Positions 26,745 through 39,528 are shown, counted from the first letter of the stretch. The stretch: DNA of 64,000 nt from Octopus sinensis (GCF_006345805.1 NC_042997.1:185504001-185568000), one strand, 5' to 3'. Translations and numbers: made by a program. Notes: generated by a model from the letters alone, not told the origin.

Positions 26745-27007
26745 TGAAAATATTGTACATTATTTACATTATTTACAATTGACTGATATTTGTCCTCATC
26801 TTGTTTGTTGTTAACAGAACGTTTCGTCTGATACACCCTCCAGCCTTCATGAGGTGTGTTGGAGAAATTTCGAACCTGGGTTCTCATTCCTAAGGTATTT
26901 TTCGATGTTGTTGTTATTATTATTATTATAATTCAGGTCACAGCCTGGAATCGAACTCGGTATCTTGGGTTTAGTAGCCCGTGCTCATAACCACTACGTA
27001 TATGCTC
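26745..27007 (-). mobile_element. tRNA-headed SINE-like element with a PLE-type hammerhead-like tail
   Basis: Head 26936-27007: A-box-like cgtagtggtt, B box gagttcgattcc; (AAT/AAC)n linker; HHR-like fold 26814-26857; tail tgtaaataatgtaaataatgta. Confidence 0.65.
26814..26857 (-). ncRNA. Degenerate minimal type I hammerhead ribozyme motif
   Basis: ACAC-CUCAUGA-A-GGCUG(10 nt)CAGAC-GAAA-CG-UU^CUGU; G5->C plus one mismatch each in helices I and II. Confidence 0.55.
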
Positions 27008-27162
27008 GTATAGAACTGAAAATATTGATAAAATACCAAATTGAATATCAATTTCATATTGCGTTCCTTAGAGATAAGTAATTTTTCAGTTGGGTTAACT
27101 ACACGCACACGCACACACACACACACACACACGCACACACATATACACACACACACAACCCG

Positions 27163-27373
27163 CATACCAGAAGGTACTGAAAAGTACCTGGCTTTAAAAA
27201 TACGGGACAATCAATTAATCAAGATTATATTAAACATATTCCACTCTCAGATTCACACACTTATTGTAGCGGTCCCGTTTCTCTAAACCCTGCAAAATAA
27301 TTTGGATGTCTTGTCCTCCAAAGAGGTCTTTCACGATACCCTTAAATCCATAATTTATTTCCGCATCCTCGTA
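27163..27373 (-). mobile_element. mariner 3'-end fragment
   Basis: Minus strand QD..ILQGLEKRDRYNKCVNLRVEYV (cf. GIEKL..RWNKC...GEYVE); terminal-repeat-like gaaggtactgaaaagtacctggc. Confidence 0.6.
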
Positions 27374-27506
27374 CATACGAGCACATACATACACGCATAC
27401 ATATGTACATACATTTGTAGATACATACATACATACATACATACATACATACATACATACATACATACATACATTCATACATGCATAGTTACATATGTGT
27501 ATGTGT

Positions 27507-27992
27507 ATGCGTAGGCCTATGAGGGTAGTCGATCAGCAAAGGCTGGAGATGTTCGACAATAACTGTCTCCGCCGCATTCTTTGCTGCCAACGCATTGATC
27601 AGGTTCTTACAGCCAGTCTTCGTCATCGCCTGAATCCCCGGCCCCGCTCTTCAGTGCTTCTACAACGGCGCTTAAGGTAGTTCGGTCATGCAGCCCGGCG
27701 TCCAGAGGGTGAGCTGATTCGCGATGTCCTCCTCCCACCTCCACTTCCCAGCTGGCGGAAATCACACGGGCGGGTAGCTGAAAACCTGGGCAACGACGAT
27801 AAAGGAGGACCTCACCGATCTCTCAGGTCCGCAGGTGGTCGGTCTGCACAGATGGAACCGCTAATGGGTCGCTATCTCCAGTGACGTCGCACAGGACCGT
27901 CGAGCGTGGGCCGCCACGGTTCGTGATGCCGTCAGGACCAGAGAAGAAACCGGCCCAATCTGCCGGGGGGTGAACGCCGTCACAAGTAAGTA
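27507..27992 (+). mobile_element. 5'-truncated RTE-clade LINE 3' end
   Basis: LEMFDNNCLRRIL...LRHRLN...VLLQRRLR*FGHAARRPEGELIRDV..P...W; QDRRAW...VRDAV; ends in cacaagtaagta. Confidence 0.85.
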
Positions 27993-28005
27993 TGTGTGTG
28001 CTTAA

Positions 28006-28215
28006 CATTTAGAATTTCAACCGGCCAAATCAAGCCAAAATATTTTCCATGTTTTAAATTCAAACAGGACATCTCACACGTATCCTATAATGCCATTCTC
28101 AAAACAAATAAACACATCATCGAAATCTCGAAGCCACAAGATAATGCATGATTTATTCTGAAGAACGAAAATCAATAAGCATTGCATTTGACAGAGTAAT
28201 CCAAATGCTAAAGGG
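28006..28215. mobile_element. piggyBac-like MITE
   Basis: TTAA on both sides (28002-05, 28216-19); right end atgctaaaggg, left end decayed (catttagaatt). Confidence 0.6.
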
Positions 28216-29394
28216 TTAAGTATGTATGTATATAAATAGGTAAATTTGCCTCCGGATATTTGTGAACGAATTTTAGCTGATTATAATTGGAAGACGACCA
28301 ATTGCAATGTCACGCAGTAAGCACCACATTGTTAGCATTCTCTTTTCTTTCTACAGTTCCATCGACAGCATCAATGTAAGAGATTCCAGTTCACAGCTAT
28401 TCACAAGAAAGCATAGCTCTAATGACAGCTATATCAGAGATACATACACAAAGAATATCCAAAAGATGTACGATTGAGTAGGAAGTGGTATCATATTTAA
28501 AAAGCAATGCGAGTTAAAATTTCAGATAGACTTTATGAAGTATAATATTTCAGCTATCCACAATATGTGAGATTTCACTCGCCCACGTATACATAGCACC
28601 GCATTCGAGATTTCGGTAACAACAAAAACGAACAAAAGAGGATGGAATATTGTTACATGCTAATTTAGGAATGTGTGCTAGTCTGAGTATTGCAAGTGAT
28701 TAATTTTATATACAAATATATATGTTAGATATAAAATATTAATACGCTAACATTTCGTTATTGTACGTACCCGATGTGTGTGTCACACTTACTTCAAAGA
28801 AGTAGCAAAGCGAGAGAGAGAGAGAGAGAGGAGGACAGAGAGGAAGTAAGAGAGAAAGGGAGAGAGATAAAGAGAGAGTGAGAGAGTGAAAGAGACAGTG
28901 AGTGGTGATGGCGTTCATTTTGTGTTTTAAATGTTTCAGCGAGGACGTAAGAGAGAAAGAAAGAGAGTGAGAGAGAGAGAAAGTGAGAGAGAAAGAGAGA
29001 AAGATGGAGAGAGTAAAAGAGACAGTGAGTGGTGACGGTGTTCATCGCAAGAGAAATAGATACATAGATACATATACACATTGTTAAATCAAAAGCAGGA
29101 GAAAAGTGGGGCACAAAAGAAGTGAAAGAGAGAAACTGAGAGAGACAGTAGATACATAAATCCAAAGAAAGTTCATACATAGATACATGCACACAGGAAA
29201 TATTGGATGTCAATTTCACTTTTCATTACTACTCGAGGATAAAATTAACTCATAAATGGCTGAGTGCTCCAGTGAATCATTTTGGAGATTTATAGTCTTA
29301 TGTATGTACGTATGTACGTACGTATGTATGTATGTGTGTATGTATGTATTATGTATGTATGTATGTATGTATGTATGTATGCATGTATGTATGT

Positions 29395-29595
29395 ATGTGT
29401 GTTTGTGTCTGTGTTTGTCCTACCACCACCATTGCTTGACGACCGATGATGGTACGTTTGCCTCCCTGTAATTTAGCTGTTCAGCAGAAGAGACTGATAG
29501 AATAAGCACCAGGCTTACAGGGATCAATTTCTTCGATTAATGGGTGGTGCTCCAGCATGGCCACTGTCAAATGACTGGAACAAGTAAAAGAATAC
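29395..29595 (+). mobile_element. SINE A tail, diverged
   Basis: gtgctccagcatggccactgtcaaatgactggaacaagtaaaaga. Confidence 0.75.
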
Positions 29596-29789
29596 CAGAA
29601 GAACATTCCGTACCACTAAACCAAGAAGGTTCTTTGAATATGTACGATGTATTTTAAGGTTAAATAGTAATTCCATTTACGTTTGTGTAACAGATATTTT
29701 GGTTGGATTATATAGTCATTGGCACATTACTTTCTATATTCTGTAACTGTCACAATATACTTTTCTCAGCCTGAATATTTTGTGGGGAG

Positions 29790-30267
29790 TGGGGTCAGTT
29801 TATTAGATCGACTCCAGTACACAACTGGTACTTAATTTATCGACCCCCGTAAGAACGAAAGGCAAAGTCGACCTCGGCAGAATTTGAACTCAGAACATAA
29901 AGACAATCATAATATACAAACATTTCCCATGGCACCAATACACTGTTTACAGATGCTAACATCTCTTATGTTTTCCGTAAATTTTTCACGGTTCCAGCTA
30001 GTTTTAATTATTGCCTTTCGTCATATTTCTTTCTTTCAAATATGTTTGGGTTTTTCCTTTATTTTATAGTTCTTTTTTATCCTTCCATTCATACGCTTTG
30101 CAACGTTTTCCACCCTTCGTCTCGTTTATGTATCAACATCATCAACATCATCACCATCATCATCATCATCATCATCGTCATCGTCATCGTCATCGTCATC
30201 ACCATCATCACCACCATCACCATCACCGTCATCGTCATCGTCATCATCATCATCATCATCATTATTA

Positions 30268-30325
<58 letters not shown>

Positions 30326-30770
30326 AGCAGCCAACTGGAAAATCGTTAGCACACCGGAGAAAATGCTTTCGATAATGTCATCTGTCTTTACGTCATGAGT
30401 TCAAACTGTTGTCGACTTAGCCATTCAGCCTTTCAAAGTCAATGAAGTTAGTACCAGCCAAGTACTTGGGTTGATGTAATCGACAAGGCGCTCTCTCCTT
30501 AAAAAATTCTGCCTATAGTGGAAAAGGTTAATATTATTATTAATACACAATTTAAGGCGGTGAGCAGAATCGTTAGCATGCCGGGCAAAATGCTTATCGG
30601 CATTTCGTCCGTGTTTGTGTTCTGAGTTCAAATTCCACCGGGGTCAACTTTGTCTTTCATCCTTTCGGAGTCGATAAATTAAGTACCAGTGAAACACTGG
30701 GGTTCGATGTAATCAACTAGCCCCTCCCCCAAAATCATGGGCCTTGTGCCTTTAGTAGAAAGGATCATTA
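29790..30770. mobile_element. Cluster of SINE B fragments in both orientations around a CAT/TAT microsatellite
   Basis: Family B pieces at about 29790-29900 (-), 30330-30420 (+), 30420-30530 (-), 30555-30770 (+). Confidence 0.7.
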
Positions 30771-31356
30771 ATACTGATTGTTACGTAACTTATAGCCATG
30801 GATTTATGAGAGTCTAGAATGAATAAGATTCTGTGAAACCGAATACTTTCATAGCATTGGGCATGTAAAAAACATGAAGGACCTTTAACAACAAGTACTT
30901 TAAGCATTGTGAAATGTATATAATCTATGTAAAATTCTGAGTGTATTCAAGGGTTTGTGTATCTCCTTAGTGTTGCGAAAATATTTAATTGTGCATTTAT
31001 AAATGTGAGTGATTACATCGGAATGCATAAAAAAAGAGGTTAAAATATTTACTAGTTCGTAAATATTTGAGTGTTTCTTGTGTATGTATGTCTGCCAACA
31101 CAAATATATTTAAGCAACATGTTTGTAGAAACACATACACGCGCACGCGCGCACACACACGCACACACACACACACACACCACCACACACACACCACACC
31201 ACACACACATGCAAATACATATACATAGATGCGCTTGTACACGCACAAGCAATTATATATATACATAGCCCCATACAACCATAAATATATGCGTATATAT
31301 CTATATACAACACTTATATGCAATTAGATATATATACATATGTATTATGTACAAAA

Positions 31357-31406
<50 letters not shown>

Positions 31407-31980
31407 CATACATACACATACGCATGCATATATATATATATATATATGTATGTATGCATGTATGTATGTATGTATGTATGTATATATGTATGTATCTTAT
31501 ATTATATTATACTACATTAAATTGCGTGCGAAGATGAAGACTGTAACTGAGTGTCAGTTTTGGAGGATGTGTTATTTTATAAAAGAATTCTTTGAACGAA
31601 AGGTCATTTGGAGTTCATCAATAACATTAGATTATTAAATATTTAAAAGCAAAATCATGATGGAGAAGGACATCGATCTCGTTCTTTTAGAATTGATAGT
31701 TTGACACTAAAAAGATAAATAATACAAAACATGTACAGGCATGGCTTTGTTGTAAAAAGTGTGCTTCCCCATCACATGGCTGTGGTTTCAGCCCCATTCT
31801 GTGATACTTTAGGCATTTGTCTTCTATTGTGGTCTCGGGATAACTAAAGCCTTGTAAGTGGATTTTGTTGACGAAATTGAAAGGTCCGACTTTTATGCAG
31901 CAAACACCTATTATGAGAGGATCTCTGAAGTCTAATAACGCAATATTCGGTGTTCTGAAAAGGCGTTCATGTTAAGTTAG

Positions 31981-31981
31981 A

Positions 31982-32071
<90 letters not shown>

Positions 32072-32080
32072 CCTACCTAC

Positions 32081-32147
<67 letters not shown>

Positions 32148-32148
32148 C

Positions 32149-32222
<74 letters not shown>
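31981..32222. repeat. (TATC)n, about 240 bp
   Basis: Direct reading. Confidence 0.95.
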
Positions 32223-32230
<8 letters not shown>

Positions 32231-32557
32231 ATATATATATATATATATATACATTACATATATATACATTACATATATATACATTACATATATATATATA
32301 TACATTACATACAACACAGGTATGTAGATATATGTATGTACGAATATATATATACACACAAACGCACACATACATGTATAAAAGCACGCACAATCTCGCA
32401 CAGTCATATGAGGAAGGTGCTTGCCTTGTGATAAAGCTCTTCGATCCCATTGTATGCGACTTTTTTACTAAGTGCCTCCCACGAAAGCCTTGAAATGACT
32501 AATAACTACGTGATTAGATTCGTGTTGAAAAACATCTGCAGAATCTTGTTGTATACG

Positions 32558-32604
<47 letters not shown>

Positions 32605-32608
<4 letters not shown>

Positions 32609-32902
32609 TAAGCAATAAGGGTTTAGCAACGAGTTGCCTTACCACATACCGAATTTAGAAATAGCAGTCAAAGGGTTATAGCTATTTCTTCTACTAAAAA
32701 GGGAAGAAATAGTAGAAGAAATAGCTATAACCCTTTGACTGCTATTTCTAAATTCGGTATGTGGTAAGGCAACTCGTTGCTAAACCCTTATTGCTTAGTA
32801 TTACTTAAATTTTCCTCGAATGAGGCTTTTACATGCCGAAGACTACTTGGTGTAATTGATAATTTTTCCAAATTAATTAATTTCACCCTTCATTATTACG
32901 GA

Positions 32903-32905
<3 letters not shown>
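32605..32905 (+). mobile_element. Fold-back element with perfect 92-bp arms and a tail, between (TA)n tracts
   Basis: Arms 32605-32696 and 32710-32801, 13-nt spacer; tail carries a weak HHR-like remnant gaatga-ggc(8 nt)gcc-gaa at about 32818-32840. Confidence 0.75.
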
Positions 32906-32935
<30 letters not shown>

Positions 32936-32937
<2 letters not shown>

Positions 32938-34651
32938 TCTCGGGAGGGGCCATGGGAAGGAGAATGGGCCCAAACTATGCGAACCTGTTCGTTGGCTTCG
33001 TTGAGGCCCAAATATTTTCATGATTCACCGGTTCCACTCCCGAACTATACGATCGCTGTGTTGATGACTGTATCAGTGCGACCTCACTCTCCTGTGAACA
33101 ACTAGACTCTTTCCTCTCTTTTGTTCAATCATTCCATCCTGCCATCGAATTCTCCTGCACCATTTCCAACACTTCCGTCTCCTTTCTCGATATTTCGGTC
33201 AACATACACAACTCCGCTCTCACTACCTTCATCCATTACAAACACACCGACTCACACTCATACCTCAACTTCTCCTCCTCCCACTCTACCCACACCAAGC
33301 TCTCCATCCCTTACTCCCAATTCCTCCGTCTGTGCAGACTCAGTCTCAACTCATGGCTCGCCACTTCCTCCTTCGGGGATATCCCCTCACCACTATCCAC
33401 ACCGCACTTGCCAGAGCATGTGCCGTGGACCGTGCCTCTGCTCTCTCTCTTAGCACTCTTAGCACCGTTGCCCGTCTCCCGTTCCCCCTCACCTACCACC
33501 CCTCACTCTGCCCCTCCAAAGCATCATTCTCCGAGCCTTCCGGCGGCTCCAGTCCGACCCCTCCAACGCACGATTCTCCGAGCTATCCGGCGGCTCCTTT
33601 CCGACACCTCCAATTCGTACATCTTCCCTAACCTACCCCTTCTGTCCTTCAAACTACCCACAACCTACGTGACCTCCTAGTCCACAGTGTCTTCTCTAAC
33701 CCCATCTCTCAACGTAGCTCGTTACCCTTCTCCCACCCACCCTGCCGCACTTGCCCTAACCTCTCCAACACCACCATCCTCAGAGGCACCCATCGTTGTC
33801 CCTATCATATCATTGACTCTTCTACCTGCACTTCTAGCAACGTCATTTACTGCATCTCCTGCTCTTTCTGTCCTTCTCTGTACATCGGTGAAACGGGACG
33901 CCGCTTCGTTGATCGGCTCGCGGAGGACTTCCGAGACATTAGACATGACAATGACACCCGGTTTCGTGCCATTTCCGCTCTACCGGTCATTCATTACAAC
34001 ATATCTGTGTTCGGATTGTCTTTGCACGGGGGCAATCCGGACACTCGCCATCGCCATGAACAAGAATTAATCTTCTCTCTTCGCTCCTTTGCACCAAATA
34101 GGTTCAACTCCCCTCCCCTCCCTTCTTTATCTGACTCCGCTCCTCTACTCTCTTCATCTCACCTACTTTCTCTCTTCACTCCTACCCCACCCCTACCTCC
34201 ACATCCTCACACCATCTCCAGATGCTCACCCCACCCCCACATACTCATCCTATCCCCACATCCTCACCCAAAACACACACCTCCACCCTTACATCCCCAC
34301 ACCCCAACACCACCACACCACACACCACCACACCATATCACACCACCCCACATCACTCCGCACACACGCACGCACGCGCACCTTCGTTTTGGGATCACCA
34401 GTACTTTATTATGTTCCCTTATTCCTAGCTCTCCTGTCTAACTACCTTTGTCCAACCAGTCGCTATGACTGACCGTTAACTCCGCAAGTTTTTTTGTATT
34501 CTCACTCTGTTTATTTCCTCGTGTTCCTTTCTGTTTAAGAGGATAGCCTCGAAATGTAAAAGACTTTCTCAACTTCCCGAGCGTCGAACTAATACACCTG
34601 CTTGTTGTTTATACACCTGGCTTCGTCTTTTGTTTTTCTGTAAATTTCAAC
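32936..34651 (+). mobile_element. 5'-truncated Penelope-like element (RT C-terminal half, GIY-YIG endonuclease, 3' terminus)
   Basis: GAMGRRMGPNYANLFVGFVE; LYDRCVDDC; FHPAIEF; SFLDI; YKHTDSHSYL..SSSH..HTKLSIPYSQFLRL; CTSSNVIYCISCSFCPSLYIGETGRR (33842); (TA)n on both sides; stops and frameshifts present. Confidence 0.9.
34527..34562 (+). ncRNA. Hammerhead-like motif in the PLE 3' terminus, variant core
   Basis: CUUU-CUGUUUAA-GAGG(AUAG)CCUC-GAAA-UG-UA^AAAG; helices I and II perfect, core departs from CUGANGA. Confidence 0.5.
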
Positions 34652-34664
34652 TATATATATATAT

Positions 34665-34983
34665 GATAATTTTTTGCGTAATGAGATAAAAAAAATAACC
34701 AACGCTGTGTAGATATTAGAACATTTATAGATAGAAGGTCTTACAGCTGTTTCCAGGATATTTATTTATTGCATACCTTCATCGGAGACGGTGTGTGAGA
34801 GGATGGTTAAGTCATAGTTAGTTTAGATGTGATACAAAATAGTGAGTGGGTTGGAGGAAAGAAATTAGATGCAAGATATTTACGGATATTGAAGTTGTAG
34901 ATCCAATTTTTAGGTAGAATGGTGTATATGTAGGATTTCAATACCTTATGAGTAAAGTCCAACAGAGTTTTAAATGGGGCCTT

Positions 34984-34987
<4 letters not shown>
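34665..34987 (-). mobile_element. PLE-terminus-like element with hammerhead motif, between (TA)n tracts
   Basis: Minus 34789-34738: GUCU-CCGAUGA-helix II-GAAA-CAGCUG-UA^AGAC, with palindromic helix III ACAGCUGU; family shared with 20057-20290. Confidence 0.7.
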
Positions 34988-35027
<40 letters not shown>

Positions 35028-35030
<3 letters not shown>

Positions 35031-35362
35031 GCGTGGCTCAGTGGTTAGAGCAGTCGAGCTCACGATCGTGAGGCTGTGAGCTCGAATCCGGACCGGGCTG
35101 CGTGTTGTGTTCTTGAGCAAGACACTTTATTTCATGTTGCTCCAGTTCACTCAGCTGTAGAAATGAGTTGCGACGTCACAGGTGCCAAGCTGTATCGCCC
35201 TTGCCTTTCCCTTGGACAACATCGGTGACGTGGAGAGGGGAGGCCGGTATGCATGGGCGACTGCTGGTCTTCCATAAAAAAACAACCTTGCCCAGACTTG
35301 TGCCTCAAGGGTAACTCTTTAGGTGCAAACCCATGGTCAGTGTCTGACCGAAGGGGGTCACT
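35028..35362 (+). mobile_element. SINE C long variant, full length
   Basis: ggcgcgtggctcagtggttagagc...gagctcgaatccgg head; gtgttcttgagcaagacact; 3' stem-loop ggtca/tgacc. Confidence 0.85.
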
Positions 35363-35368
35363 ATACTA

Positions 35369-35415
<47 letters not shown>

Positions 35416-35416
<1 letters not shown>

Positions 35417-35636
35417 TTTATTTAAAGCAGCAGAAAATTCAACAAAACCTGTTACTCTGAGTTTCACGTTGCCGTTCGTCGGACGCTAAAAACTGTCCGA
35501 CGAACGGCAACGTGAAACTCAGAGTAACAGATTTTGTTGAATTTTCTGGTGCTTTAAATAAACCATATTACTCTACCACTGGTATTTGAGTACTCTTTTT
35601 TTCCACATTGTTTCACATTTATGTGTTTACTCCGGT
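35416..35636 (+). mobile_element. Fold-back hammerhead-bearing mini-element, between (TA)n tracts
   Basis: Arms about 35418-35484 and 35495-35562; tail to 35636; same family as 61862-62092. Confidence 0.8.
35489..35535 (+). ncRNA. Minimal type I hammerhead ribozyme candidate, U4C variant
   Basis: AAAACUGU-CCGACGA-ACG(GCAA)CGU-GAAA-CUCAGAG-UA^ACAGAUUUU. Confidence 0.65.
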
Positions 35637-35645
35637 ATATATATA

Positions 35646-35731
<86 letters not shown>

Positions 35732-37949
35732 CATAGATGTATGTATATATGTTTCTACATGTGCATCTAAACTTATGCACTTGACCGTATTAATGGTTCA
35801 TAGCGTAAAATGTAGAGTGATAAAATGAGTACCAAAATGAAATAAATTCTAGTGTTGAGCGGTCAAGTATATATAAATGAAAGCAAAAGAAAAAAAATAC
35901 TTGAAATTTGGTATCCCATCAGAGGCAGAAATTCAATTACTGACACTATTAAAAGATTAACAGAAAGACGAATATATATATATTTGTAAGCACACATGTG
36001 TTTCTGAGCGTGTGCGTATGTGTGGGTGTGACTGTTTTGGAATACCTGTGTGTATTCATGAATGTGTTTGCACTTAAGCAGCTGTGTGTATTTAAATACA
36101 CTACATTTAAGTGTCTGTGGTTATGTGTATCGCTGCATGATTCAAGTACCCTGTCAGTGAGCTGAGTGTGCGTCAAAATTGAATTACTGGTTTGTTGAAG
36201 TAGTTTCCCACACTCAGTCAGCCACAAGCGTCATAATATTTGCCATTTTTTGTTATTAGATAGAAACTTTCGGAATTTTGGAAGTATTTTCTCAGTACAA
36301 CTAGTTTTTTTTTTTTTTTGCTCTTCCTTTTAAGTTTCACTTTGAAAACTTATCTAATCAATGGAGGTGTTTATTTATTTATTGCATACGCAGTTATTTG
36401 TTCACCAATCAATCTTGCAAAACCCGCATCGGCTAACTGCAACGAATCAACGATGACGATGGCAATGATGACCACGTCGTCGAGGAGAACGCCGACGGAG
36501 AAGATAAGTGTGTGAAGGAGGAAGAAGAAGAATTTTGCTATAATATAAACTGAAGTGACAGGCAGATGTAGATCTTGATAATTTCTCTCGCGATGTTTTC
36601 GTTTGTGAATGAGTGTTGCGAATGTTATAAATAGAACAGGTGTTGAAAGAGTTAATTTAATTTAGTTGATGAGTATTATATCTGTGGAAGTGACATGTAA
36701 CCTTCTCTTCGATTCCTTTCAGAAATCATTGACAAGGTGAAGAAAAACTCGCTTTGGTTATAATCATTGAGAATTGTTCGAGCTAAATATAGGAAAAAGA
36801 AGCTGGTTCATAAAAGTAAAAGATTCAATTAGTCTCAGTATTAGATTCCTCTATTTTCGTACAAAAATTATCTATGGATGTCTAGTACCCAACGTCTGTA
36901 ACTCAAGCGATGTATCTTTTTACTTTATTTTGTCTGCAGAAATGTTTTTAACATTTAATACGAAAATATAGTACTATCCTCTGATGTAGTATTTTAAACT
37001 GAAAATGAAAATGATTGCTTTACATCTTGAATAATTTTAATATTTTAAAAGTCAAAACTATTAATTCTTTATTTTAGTATAAAGCTAAATTGTCTAATAC
37101 TTTGAAAGCACTCACCATGAAATAACGATCAATATCTTTGAAGATATTCATCAAGACTTAGATCATGGATTTTGGTTTGTTAAAAATATAGCATTGGAAA
37201 TAAACGCTCATGGCGGATATAATAGAAAGAAAGCAACATCCGAATAATAAACGAAATCTGTGTTCTAGTTTGAAATCACTTGTATACATCATTGAAGACC
37301 CTACTAAACTATCACCAAATTAGAGACACTGCAATCAAAAGACAAACGTAACGTTGTATCTGATGAGCTATCAGTCAACCCAGAAAGGACAAAGAGGAGG
37401 GTAATATGCATTTCTACAAAGAAACAATACGTAGAATCAAATTTAGAAAGCTGGAAATCTTATAATTCCATTAATCATCATCCAAAAATCAATGCCATTC
37501 GTTACTTCTGTGCAAGAACTAAATTAATTTAATTCATCCATCTGATAGATAGTCGAAGGAATAAAGGCTTGAGAAAATGTTCATTACGAACCAGTTTACA
37601 GTTAAAGATATCGTTCAATGTTTTGAAAGAGTAAAGTCAGATGTACCTAAACAAAGAATTCCCTTCCTTATATTATCATACCATCACGTATTTCATCATT
37701 TATCTACAAAGAAGGATAAACATCATTTTGGAAGGCATTCACATCATATATCCAAAGCTCTTTAGATATATAAATGAAGGTAGCATCTTGGAAAATTGGA
37801 TTCTAATTGTATGCATAACAGGCCATAGACAAATCTTATGGGATCAATTATGGACCACTGCTGTTCCGTCATTGCACCAATTATGACATTGCTGTTAATT
37901 CAGAATAAAGAAAAATTATTTGAAAGCTAGTTTTAAAAAAAGATTGCCT

Positions 37950-38097
37950 GTGTGGTATGTAGCTTGCTTACCAAACCACATGGTTCCGGGTTCAGTCCCA
38001 CTGCGTGGCACTTTGGGTGAGTGGCTTCTACTATAGCTTCGGGCCGACCAAAGCTTTGTGAGTGGATTTGGTAGACGGAAAATCAAAGAAGCCCGTC

Positions 38098-38131
<34 letters not shown>

Positions 38132-38483
38132 TATATGCAGTGTGTGGTGTGTGGGTGTGGTGTGTGTGTGTGTGGTGTGTGTGTTGGTGTGTTGTGTGTT
38201 GGTCTCTGTGTGTGTCTGTGTATGTATGTATGTATGTATGTATGTATGTATGTATGTATGGGTGTGTATATGTTTGTGTGTCTGTGTTTGTCACAACAAC
38301 GTCGCTTGACAACCCATGCTGGTGTGTTTACGTGCCCGTAACTTAGCGGTTCGGCAAAAGAGACCGATAGAATAAGTACTAGGCTTACAAAGAATAAGTC
38401 CTCGGGTCGATTTGCTCGACTAAAGGCGGTGCTCCAGCATGACCACAGTCAATGACTGAAACAAGTAAAAGAGTAAAAGAGTA
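37950..38483 (+). mobile_element. SINE A, full length
   Basis: Head, expanded internal microsatellite, tail ending gtaaaagagtaaaagagta. Confidence 0.9.
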
Positions 38484-38624
38484 ATGAGACTGATTGGGGT
38501 AACAAGAATATAGGAGTAGTTAGATTTATTGTAAAGTTCGAATTAACAAGGACTGGAGTTAAGCTGTAAAGGGAAAGATGAAACTCCATGTAACTTTCAT
38601 TTTAACGAAGCACCTTACATTTTA

Positions 38625-38677
<53 letters not shown>

Positions 38678-38789
38678 TGAAAGGCATTGTCAGTTACAGA
38701 GCGAAGTTAGATGGAAATCAAAGCAATAAAATTGAACTCCTTTGGCGGTAACTCTTGTTATTTTGTATTCTAAAATTAACTTATATATT

Positions 38790-39390
38790 GGTTTCAAATG
38801 TTGGCGCAAGGCCGGCAATTTCAGGGGAGGGGAGTCAATCGATTAGATCAATCTCAGTGCTTAACTTTTATCCCTTAAAGGGAAGAAAGGCAAAGTCGAC
38901 ATCCATGTAATTTGAATTCAGAGCGCAAAGACGGACGAATGCCGCTAAGAATTACACCTAATGCGATAACGACTCTGCCAGCTCGCCACCTTAAGTTACC
39001 CTTAGTTATTGATTTCAAATTTTGGTACAAGGTCACTATGTTCGGAGAAGGGAATGTGTCGATTACCTCGACCACAGTGTTCAACTGGTACTTATTCTAT
39101 CGGCCCCGAAAGATTGAAAGGCAAAGTCGACCTCGGTAGAATTTGAACTCCGAACATAAGGACGGACGGAATACCTATTTCTTTACTACCCACAAGGGGC
39201 TAAACACAGAGAGGACAAACAAGGACAGACAAACGGATTAAGTCGATTATATCGACCCCAGTGCGTAACTGGTACTTATTTAATCGGCCCCGAAAGGATA
39301 ACAGGCAAAATCGACCTCGGTAGAATTTGAACTCCGAATATAAAGACGGACGAAATACCGCTAAGCATTTCATCCGGCGTATAACGATCT
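38790..39390 (-). mobile_element. SINE B copies or multimer
   Basis: Repeated gcaaagtcgacctcggtagaatttgaactc units on the minus strand. Confidence 0.8.
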
Positions 39391-39493
39391 GCCTGCTCAC
39401 CGTTTTTAAGTTTAGTTTATATTTTATGATGCCTTATTTAGAGAACAGCATAGCTGCGTCTAAATTCATTATCGTACTGGATGTGCATGTGCA

Positions 39494-39528
<35 letters not shown>

